Shown here: positions 24,059-33,880 of the stretch, one piece after another
Numbering within the stretch: position 1 is the stretch's first letter
How the letters are laid out: the number at the start of each line of letters is the position of its first letter
NCBI GenBank assembly: GCA_026025075.1
Contig: JAPEUI010000037.1
Coordinates: forward strand, 62,001 to 126,000
DNA length: 64,000 bases
Reading direction: 5' to 3'
Source: Vezdaea acicularis
Taxonomy: Eukaryota
The notes under the pieces: generated by a model
Databases searched by the model: none
What the model was told of the DNA's origin: nothing
Seen by the model: only the letters and a program-made list of their open reading frames with translations
Program-made: the position numbers and the translations under genes

Positions 24059-24856
24059 AAGCAACCAAGGAAAAGGGGCGGTGCGGGTTTGTGGTGTCTT
24101 GTATCGATACATGTGAAGCGGAGTTGCGAAACAACGGACAGATATGTTTAGAGGACAAGTGGACGACTGGTCAGATGTGACTAGAGGCATGTGTGCAGCA
24201 TCGGAGCAGCGCAAGGACAACTTTTTTTGTATATTCCCCCTCCTGGATCGAGCCGTGTACTTTTTATCTGAGGATCCTCCCTCCTCATGCAGGATAGGAG
24301 AATTGTTGTACCTTATCAGCTAGGATGAGAAGAAAAGTTTTGGCCATGTCGCTCATGTCTTATGTTCGGCTTGCGCTGTACTGCGGTATGAGCGCTTAGC
24401 AAGTAGCCTTGAAGACCTTTTTGAAAGCGATGAGTTTCAGCTCAGGAACGCCATGATAGTGTGCGAGGCCGGGCCATCAGTGCTGGGCTATGCTGGCAAG
24501 GGATATGCCTTTCTTTTCCCTCTTTTCTCTCTTGTCTCTCCTTTCACTCTTTTATTTCCTCCCCCCCTTTCCTCATCCTTCACACCCCTTCTCCTCCCCT
24601 TTTTCTCTCCCCCATTCCCCATTGTCTTCACTACAACCCCTTTGCCCACTCACAACACATGCCGCACCTTGGTCGTCCAGTATAGCTACTGCTCTCACGC
24701 TATAGGTGGGGGGGGGGGGGGGGGGGAGGCTTCATTTATGCGAGCGTGTTGGTTGTAGCGCCTGGAGAGAGAAGAGTAAAGAAAGATAAACAAAGCGCAA
24801 GAAGAAAGGAGAAAGAGCAGAGAAGTTAAGAAAAGATAGAAAAAAACTCAGTCCCC

Positions 24857-25095
24857 AAAAAAGAACCGACTGCTGTGGTGAATTGCTCTGCAGAAAGCGC
24901 ACCGAGAGATATGGGTAATGAACAAAGGAGATTCGGGCCCGCCAGACCCAGCCTAGCCGGAGGCGGGACACCGGGCTTGACCTGAGATGCAGAAAACACA
25001 ATTCATGCGGGATTTGAACCCGCAATCTCGATGATGGGAGGTAGGAAGCGGTCAACTTGGCTACGGTAAATCACTGAGCCACAGCTACGCCGGCT
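24857..25095 (-). ncRNA. Candidate RNA polymerase III non-coding RNA (about 235 nt) of unknown class
   Basis: Minus strand: TATA-like element at 25127-25121, A box TGGCTCAGTGA at 25081-25071, and B box GGTTCAAATCC at 25020-25010. The 5' end AGCCGGC..GCTGTGG pairs with the 3' CCACAGC.GTCGGTT, immediately followed by a T6 run at 24862-24857. Confidence 0.65.
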
Positions 25096-26020
25096 GAGAA
25101 GCTGGGCAGGAATTAGGCAATATATAATGTCAGAAAAATTAAAAATATACGAATTGAAATCTTTCGGCTATGGTGTGATTGGCGGGTTGATATATCTTTT
25201 TAAAATTATGTGGTGGCCATGGGAAGCTTCAGAAACAAGGCGTGAGATTATAATTCGTATCAAGCTTTTGGCGATAGGGGCTAGGCTTTGAGAGGCGACT
25301 CAAGGATTCAACATCTTGTGGTTGTCACACCTCCATCCAACCTTCCTCAACCCAGAAAATATAGAACGTATGCAGTAATTAGCGTGACGAACATCAAATC
25401 ATGCATGCACTCCATCCCCTACGATTGGAGGTATCACCGCATAGGTCACGGCATAGGGATGAGGAAATTGACGCTCAAGTGGTTGCTCTACTATAAGAGT
25501 TCTAAGTTAGAGAGGGGGGCAAAGGTTGTACGTATGGCGTGTGGGATAAATACACTCCGAGCCCTAGCCAATACTAGACTAGGCCGGGATAAAACAGTGT
25601 GTAAGCCACATTTCCGCCTATTACACGTCAGCGGTGTGATCTCCTTCCATCTATCCTTGCTTGTTTGCTAATTAGCCAACTAAGCAGATGATTCTGTCGG
25701 AGCTAAGGAAACCTCTAACCAAATCCATCATGGTACAATGCGTACTTTGTTCAGTCTAGAAGAACATACGGAGATTATGCCGCAAAGTATGAGATCCGTC
25801 CATTAAGCGGCTAAACCCAAGCCATGTGACTTTCTCGTCCAATCCCAAGGGATATTTACAGAGAAGAAAAAGGGGGATGATGCTGACGACCACTTTTGAC
25901 GACGCTAGACAGTCGCTTTGAAAGCCTCAGAAGTGAGCGGGACAGCGCGTGATACGTTATGAGAGCGAAGTTACGTTTCATGCTGCTTTGTATTATGTCC
26001 ATCATACATGCATGAAGGAC

Positions 26021-29000
26021 TTATCCGTTGAAGCGGAAGCGTGTAGCTTCTAGACGGCCCAGACCCTCGCGGGGAGCAACGTTTCGGCGACGATAGGAGT
26101 TTGTGAAGTCTTCACAAAAGTTAGCGAGAGAGATTTCCCTTATACTGCCAAAGGGGATGGCTCACCTTGGAGAAGATACCGCACTTTTTGTGGAGTGTCC
26201 GCCTGGATGACTCTATATCATGCATCAGTCATACCTCCTGCATTTCTTATTTGATGACTTACTCGTTGGTCCTATTTAGTAAACGCTGCGCCTCGACCTG
26301 CTGCAGGGTGCCAGCTGGCAGCTTTTGCAGCGTCCTAGCAATCCACTGCGTAATCTCATTCGGCATCAACTGGACCAGTCCAAGCAGTACACCGCTTGCA
26401 TCGGGAAAACAGTCTCGTGTAAAGTGAAACATCATTCCTGTCAGTATGGCCTGGGTGAGTGTCTCGCCTTCGACTAGGATGAGCTTCTTAACGGCTGCCT
26501 TAACTTCGGGTGGGTTCTTCTCGCCACTTGAGTTAGGTGGATTGTCGCCACCGTATTGGAGAAAGTCGCGTAGGAAGTGGAGTGTTGCGGTCAGGGGCTC
26601 AGTCTGCTGAAGCGTTAGAGATGCCATGGCAGCGCGGAGAATAGGCTCGATGAGTTCGGAGAGGATGAGCCGGTTGGGATAGTAGAGTAAAGCGTCGGTG
26701 ACCAGGCGGAAGAAATCCTCAATAACTGTACGATAATGAGCTATGAACAAAGGGTTATTTACAGGTTGGGAAGGGTTTGCTTACCATCGGGGAGATCTAC
26801 GGGTGGCAAGTCGTTAAGCGCTCGCAAGAATGAAAGCGCTTGATGCTCAAAGAACGCATATATCTGGTCTGAAGTCTCTTTATCGACGTACTCGGCTCCT
26901 TCAGCGAACTCGCGAACGATTGCGTCGGTTGTCCACAAGAAGCATCCTTGCCTTGACTTAGCGAAACCTGTGGTCAACATCTTTGCAAGAATCGGGAGGA
27001 GAGGAGCAGCTGCGGTTCTATAAGAGAAAATCATTCTACGCCAACAACGACAGACCCTTTCACAGATTGGAGAGCAAGTGAGGAAGTTGTCGACAAGAGC
27101 CCCAAGGATTGGGAAGACTTCGGCACAGTATTGAACCCCTGGGTTTTCTGTACCAGGTGGTGTAGTCGGTGCGATGTAGTCAAAGAATATAGATACAAGC
27201 TGCAATTGATCTTGAGGCTGTCAGAATATAGTTGCGAAATACCAATAGATGTATACTCACCAGCAACTTTAAGTTTCCCCTCATCGTCTTGGGCAAGGTT
27301 TGCACTTCGTTTCAGGCGCTCAACAACAGGATCGCAGAAAAGCTTGAAGTATTTGAAGATATTATCGATAGACTGCGCGGCAACGAGTGACGCTACGCCC
27401 TCTGTGACCTCTTCTTGACTTGAAGTCACAAGCTTGTCAAGTATCGAATCGTAGAATTGCTGTATTTGTTCCATGTAGCCGCCCAGGAGATGTCTACAGT
27501 CTTGGCAAAAGAACTTCAGGGCTAGTGCTGCTGCCCGAATAACTTCTGGCGAGTTTGAGTTGAAAGCGGAGATGATGAACTGTAACTGTGAATCAAGGAA
27601 CGTAGGATGAGCTGCGACCCATTCCGTGTAACGAGCAACTGCCATGATCGATTGAAAACGGACTTTTTCATGATACGGAATCTGGACGATCAGTGGCATG
27701 ATTTGAGGCAATATAGTATTTTCTTCTTTAGCATCCACCTTGCTGCCCATAGAACGCATGCTGAATAACGGTGCTTCCAACTCTTGCCAATTTGGTAACT
27801 TATTCTCGGCCGCTTGTGATCCATAGGACGTGACCCATCTTTGAATCAAAACAAATGCCTTAGAGAGACATTCAGTTGGTCCAATAACTTCACAACAGTC
27901 TTTCAGCACGTCTCCCATTGAATGACGGTATTCTCTAAATTTATCTTCTTGCTCACGATCTCCATCGAAGAGGTCCGTTTCATCTCCAGATTCGGGTGCT
28001 GGGAACTCAAGGTGCTTAATCATAATATCGACCAACTTTGAATAAATATCGACCATGAGGACTCGAATCTCGATGTTTCGTTCTATTGTGAGTAGAAGCT
28101 TTAGCTCATACCAGAACTTGAAAGTTAAGGATACAGCTTCCTTGTCCTTGTCTCGAGCAGCACACTCCAGGATCGCCTCTACTAGGCCTCGAAACTCTGC
28201 TGGAGCGCGTATTATTAGAACTACCCAGGCTTCACCAGCTTCAGCGAAGATTCGTGTATATCCTTTGAAAACTTCAAGGTCCTCGTCTGCAGAGGCTTCA
28301 ACGATCTTCGGCCTCAGAGCAAGTACTCGTGGATAAAGCAATGCAACGGAGTCCATGTATTCGTCGACTTCCCGGGTTTCGACAAAGATAGCACAAAGAC
28401 ATTCCACAGCAGAGTCAAAAGCCGGCTCCGATGCAAGTGCATGGAAAATTACATCTAGTAGTGGAGACTTTACTACATCAGCAGCACCAACCTCTCTTAG
28501 CCACGAGGTGATACATTCCAAGAGGAGAGGATTTGTAGCCGCGGACGCTTTATATTTTAGGTCAGTAGGCGCCGTCAAGGAAAGCTGGGTCCTAAAAATC
28601 TTACCTGATGACTGGGAGTAACCAATCAAGAGCTTTAGGACTTGCTGGGCATTCTCGTCCAGGAGCTCTTCCGTCCTAACCTTCAATTCTTCTTCCTAGT
28701 GTGACATATTAGAGTCTGGCTCGCTGATCGGTACGGCTTTTATGAGTGCTCAAAGGCTAGTGCTCTCTCCGGTCCACATACAGTCAGGTTGATCTTTCGA
28801 CCTTCGGTGACCTCCTCAGGTAATATTCTAAGGAATTCCAATATGCAAGTCCCACTTTCTGAGTCGCTCCCCAGCGTAGAAACTACGAGCTGAATAACAT
28901 TCTTCCATTCAAGCATCTGTATTGCAAGATCTGCAAGGCATACACAAAGCTGTGTCCTTATAGGCCGAGGTCCGGATTTGAAATGAGCCAAAAGTGCTAG

Positions 29001-29398
29001 AAGCGAGTCTCTAAGACCAGGAAGTGTTTCTCGCGGAAGCTGGTGAAGGTCATAGACAATCTATGAGTATTAGCAGTGAGCTGCTATACGCGCAAAATAC
29101 GAGGTATCTCACCTTGCCCTTCAGAGTAGTAGCAGCAAATAGCAGCTCCTCTGGAGCCAAATTCGATGCTTGTAACATTGCCCCAGTGGTTTGCCAAGCA
29201 CTCTCCTACGAAAATTTGTCAGTTGCTTAGCCATGGTTATGACGAGATGGGATGATAGAATACAGATTTTTGAAATGTCTCTAGAAAGGTATGGGCTTCA
29301 GCCTTCTGGCTTCTCTCCCCTGTTCCCTTCATGACCTTTAAGGCCTCCAACACCGGGCCAAAGGCGCTCGACGCGGTACCAGCACCATCCGCAGCCAT
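26021..29398 (-). CDS. MTR10: Importin-beta family nuclear import receptor (transportin-SR/Mtr10), multi-exon
   Basis: N-terminal FAATTLKGK, GPRPIRTQLCVCLA and LPEEVTEGRKI; DLFDGDREQEDKFREYRHSMGDVLKDCC; C-terminal DFTNSYRRRNVAPREGLGRLEATRFRFNG*. Confidence 0.92.
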
Positions 29399-29859
29399 GC
29401 CTGCAGAAGATGGTGGGGCAACTTTGGCAGAGGTATATACCTAGTTCGTAGAATACTTGAAGCAAGAAAGATCGCGCATAAAGGATCTGAAAGCTATTTG
29501 AGAGAACTAGAAGCGTAATACCGGTCGTAAAAGTTTTTAAGTGTCCAGGAGGCTGTGTGTGATAATTGCGTTTAAATTGGCAGGCCAACGTTGGTGCTGC
29601 TTGAATGGCGAACACACCACTATGTAGCCAAGCGAACTTTACGAAAAACAGACATACAACACCAACCAGCATCCTAGCATCCCAGCACATATAGACGCAA
29701 GCCTGGATTAAACTCTAGAGGCGTAGAGTATTCTGCAGGGAGAGGACAGATTCCGCGCTCTTTACTACATACATTGCCTGTTACATCACTCTACTCAGCT
29801 CTGCCCTCTGCTAAGGCCAGGGTCTTCGGTTGCGAATCAGTTTTCAATTAGACAATATC

Positions 29860-30259
29860 ATGGCAGGTCGTGGAGGAGGTGGCGGGAACAGACGGGTCCT
29901 CTTGCCGCCGATAAACTTTATTTTCAAGCTCTTGCAGTCGCATGCTACGGTTCAGATCTGGCTGTACGAGCAACTAGGCATTCGAATAGAGGGGAAAATT
30001 AGGGTATTCATCACATCTATTTTATTGTGAATCTTTAACCGATCAAGCTTCTAGGGGTTTGATGAGTTCATGAACCTAGTGATTGACGATGCGGTGGAGG
30101 TGAAGCAGCCGACAAAGCTTGATCCAGAGGAAGGCAGGAGAGAGTTAGGTCTGTCTAGCACTATTTCGAGTACCATATATACTCATTCTCACTTCTGTAA
30201 TAGGGCAGATACTATTGAAGGGAGACAACGTTTCACTAATACAAAGTTTGCAAAATTAA
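29860..30259 (+). CDS. SME1: Small nuclear ribonucleoprotein Sm E, 3 exons
   Basis: LLPPINFIFKLLQ..VQIWLYEQLGIRIEGKIR / GFDEFMNLVIDDAVEV / GQILLKGDNVSLIQ. Confidence 0.95.
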
Positions 30260-30367
30260 GGCTTTTCTAGGTACCTTCGATTTTATAGGATAGGCATATG
30301 CTTAATGGGTTTTCGGCTCAGCATCACAATAGCGGACGTCTTGCAGATGGCCTTATATTTCGAGCTC

Positions 30368-31174
30368 TTACATGGTTGTATGGTCCTTTCTGCGAATGAG
30401 CTCGCCGTCACCTGTGATCAAGGAATCCATATCCCAGTCCTTATCATCTGTTGGCACCATCTCCGCATCAGGCAAAACCTGCGCGGTCAGTGCAAGGCCG
30501 ACTGATCATAAACTTAGCAAAAATTTCTGGGCGAATACGCATGTCGAAGCGGAGCTTACCAAGGTGTGGCATTTTCAATACCTTCCCCTGCCGCTCGAGC
30601 TCTTCACGATATCTCCATAGAAATGAGTCATAAAACCCCTTTCCATGACCCAACCTTCTCAAACCCTTATCGAATGCGGTCCCTGGCACTACTATGAGGT
30701 CCAGAGGTGGTTCGCCGCCATCGAAACAGTCTTCTCTTCCCGCAATTGAATCTTTGCTAGGCGTAGGAATCCCCCATGAATCTGATAGGAATGAGTCGAA
30801 GTCCTCCCTTGAATTTAAGCGCACCATGTTCATGATTGCTTGCTTTGGCTTCGTTCCCCCAAGCACGGTTTCTTTCCATAGATAAGGTATGAACACTGAT
30901 TTATCCCTGAGCAGAGCATTATAGACAACGTCTGAAGTTCCAATCTCTCCGATTGGCATCGAAAGGTAGACACTGATACGCCTCGCGGTCTTATATTCGG
31001 GTAGAGAGAAGAGCACTTTGAGTGCTGCCTGAGCTGCTCAAAGTTATTATAAGACTCAACGAGACTCGTACTAAACACACTCTGTACGACATAAGTCTCT
31101 TTGGAGATCTTAGAGAGTTCTTTCTTGACCAGCTGTCTGAGCTGGCTCTTTGCAGCGCTCACCGAAGTCGTCAT
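30368..31174 (-). CDS. FAU1: 5-formyltetrahydrofolate cyclo-ligase, about 3 exons
   Basis: AKSQLRQLVK, ISVYLSMPIGEIGT, WGIPTP, LDLIVVPGTAFD..RLGHGKGFYD, then a last exon VGLALTAQV..VPTDDKDWDMD. Confidence 0.92.
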
Positions 31175-31568
31175 CTCGGACGTCACATTTAGGCATTTAT
31201 GCACCCAGTGCTCGCTTCTTAGCCAGGAACAGAAATTAACAAGCAGCAGTCGGCATTGGACCCTGCAGAGTGCAAAGGAGTATTCGAACTAACGGTCAGG
31301 ACTTGGCAACTTTAATCACTCGTTGTTTAAAGCACAATGAGAGCACAGTCATAATTGAGTTTGCCTTCTATGGTAAGCTAGCCTATCATGCGAGCTAGAC
31401 CTTGTGCGAGACTGAGTACTGTGCTATAAAAAGCCTGGTTCTAACGGGTGTGGCGATCTTGGTGGACGCTAAATTTCGTCTATCTTCCGGCCAAATTGCG
31501 AACTACATCCTTTCAACATTGCCAATTCGAGATCAGGTTTCCTACCCACGCTGCCTAGAGTCGCAAGC

Positions 31569-32451
31569 ATGTTCGCATCAGCACCGCAAGGCTTTCTGAC
31601 AGCCCTGTGCTTGCTGTCGACTGCTTCCGCCCAGATTGATTCACAATTGACAGGCACTTGGTCATCCAAGTCAAACAAAGTGTTTACAGGACCCGTACGT
31701 CTCCATGAAGGAACAAGCTATAGATGTCCTTTGAAGTCGATGAAGGTAAAAGGTTACTAACAACATCTTCATCTAGGGGTTTTATGACCCTGTCAACGAA
31801 AAGTTGATTGAGCCGTCTCTACCAGGAATATCATATTCCTTCACAGATGACGGCCACTACGAAGAAGCGTACTACCGTGCTATTCCAAATCGTAAGTATC
31901 AAGACCCATAAAGTAATAGACCGAACTATAACAACTGTATAGCTACACTTCCCTCTTGTCCGAAGGGTGTGATGCAGTTCCAACATGGAACCTTTACGAA
32001 AGCAGCTAACGGGTCTCTGCAACTCACCCCGTTCGGTGTCGATGGACGGCAATTGCTCTCCGACCCGTGCAGAGCCAAGAACTCTGTTCTCACGCGCTAC
32101 ATCCAGCCTGAGCTGATCGACCACTACCAAGTCATCACTGATCCTTACCACAATATCCCACGTCTCAACCTTTTTCAATTTGATGGCTCACCCATGCAAC
32201 CGTTGTATCTAGCATATAGACCACCCCAGATGCTACCAACCATAACAATGAACCCTACAAGCACAGCTTCAGGAGTTGCGAAAGCGACGGGTAAAGTCAA
32301 AAGAGACGGGATAGAGGAGACGCTAGATTTACCCCTCAACAAAAACGCGATCAAGAGGCGGAGAGCCTTAGACTCAGTTGATACGGGCAAATGGTGGTGG
32401 ATCGGAGTCGGCATGACAGCCTTGGGCGCTATCGGATTCTTTTGCTTCTAG
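31569..32451 (+). CDS. ROT1: ER chaperone Rot1, 3 exons
   Basis: Signal peptide, [65 protein letters not shown]-terminal TM. Confidence 0.95.
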
Positions 32452-32794
32452 AAAATCAAGTGCAGGGCATATACGGGCGTATGGAGCGGGCTCTGGTCAA
32501 ACGCATTTGGTTCCTTTATTGGTGGGCGGATTTGGGACCCAGTAAGGCAATAATGTTACACGTTATTGTTAACAACTGTGTTGGGTAACTCTAGGCGCAT
32601 ACCAAGCATAGTTAGACGAGAAGACTGCGACTTGAGGAAAACACCATATCACGAACTCTTGCAAATTAAGCGCCAAATCGCTATACTCGGACTAACTGGA
32701 GCGTCACTCCATTATGCATGATTGATGTCCAAAACTCAGGGCGCCACTCCAGCGGAGCCCTGAATGTGTCGATATGTCCTGTATAGAACCAAAT

Positions 32795-33376
32795 TCAATC
32801 GTATGGCTCACCCACGGCTTTACCATTAACAGGCTTGAGGTTCAACTTAGAGAGTTCAATGCCTTTAATGGCAGAGACCTGGTCAACCAGTATCAGTGCC
32901 CATTTAGAATAGTCTCAACATGGCAACAATCTGTGCTCACATTAATTCCCGTCTTGTCAGGGAAGAAATTAGGGTCCACCGATTGAGCGAAGAGGTTGGT
33001 CCCACACTCCATGCAGAAACGATGCTCAATGCGGCGTGGTCCAAAAGTATATCTCTATTATGAACTCAGACATCACCGTGCATATATAAGAACCTGAAGC
33101 AAGGAGCATACCTTGATCTTGTCTCCTCCAGAATTAACAGAGAGGTCCTCCTTGTCAACGAAGATCATATGAATTCCATTTTTGGTACAAATGGAGCCTA
33201 GAACAACAGCAATGAGCGTACGTTGACCAATGAGTTCAAATCAAAAGGGCCAGACAATTGCAATTTGTTGGAAACTGCTCCTCCAACTCAGATGAGAGGT
33301 TAATGGAGTACTTGATTGCCTTGCAATGGCAGTTGCCTTCATAGGTCTTTTTCTCTGCTTCAAGAGGGATAGACAT
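32795..33376 (-). CDS. GFA / CENP-V (Mss4-like zinc-binding) family protein, 4 exons
   Basis: Manual splice gives MSIPLEAEKKTYEGNCHCKAIKY..TNCN/CSICTKNG..DKIK/RYTFG..EHRFCMECGTNLF..GIN/VSAIKGIELSKL..PYD*. This contains the CxC, CxCxxC and FCxxCG signatures. Confidence 0.88.
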
Positions 33377-33880
33377 CGCCGTCTCCTATTGCCGAAACTT
33401 GGTTATGGAAAGTCTTTTGATCAGCTATGTGAAGCATCAGCTCTTGATTATAATATCCAACATCAGGGAGCAAACAGCTTTGTTAAGTACTGCCACAGTG
33501 CCACAGGGCTAGTGGACCAACATGGACAGATCGACACCGCAAACTTGTCACTCATGTCGGACACTTATGTACCGACTGTCCAGATGGGTTAGGATGCGGG
33601 TTACTCCCGCGTGTGTCAAGTCAGTAGGGGACATACTTTTGTTGAACAGTCTTGGCTGTTAAGCTCCTTTTAGGTTGAATCCAATAAACCTAGTTACTTT
33701 AGCTCCGGACCTCGGCACAATGTAGATCATTAATCAAGTATGTCCAGCCTAGCTTCATCCAACTATGCAGAGCTGAGGAACCTTAAGCATAGCCCTGGGC
33801 ACTAAACTGAGGTTTAACTTCAGTTGAAGCTTCACGGGTGGATTCCACTCCTAATTCTAAGAGAAAATATAGTATTTTTG

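Noticed and set aside
25000..25090. tRNA gene (or tRNA-Sec) on the minus strand, suggested by the T-arm hairpin and A box
   Set aside because: The 7 nt after the T arm (TGAATTG) do not pair with the 7 nt before the A box (GTAGCTG). There is no clear anticodon arm, and the terminator lies about 140 nt further downstream.
25027..25100. Box C/D snoRNA on the + strand (ATGATG...CTGA)
   Set aside because: The C box is imperfect (ATGATGG), there is no terminal stem, and I recognise no rRNA guide. The minus-strand Pol III signals explain the region better.
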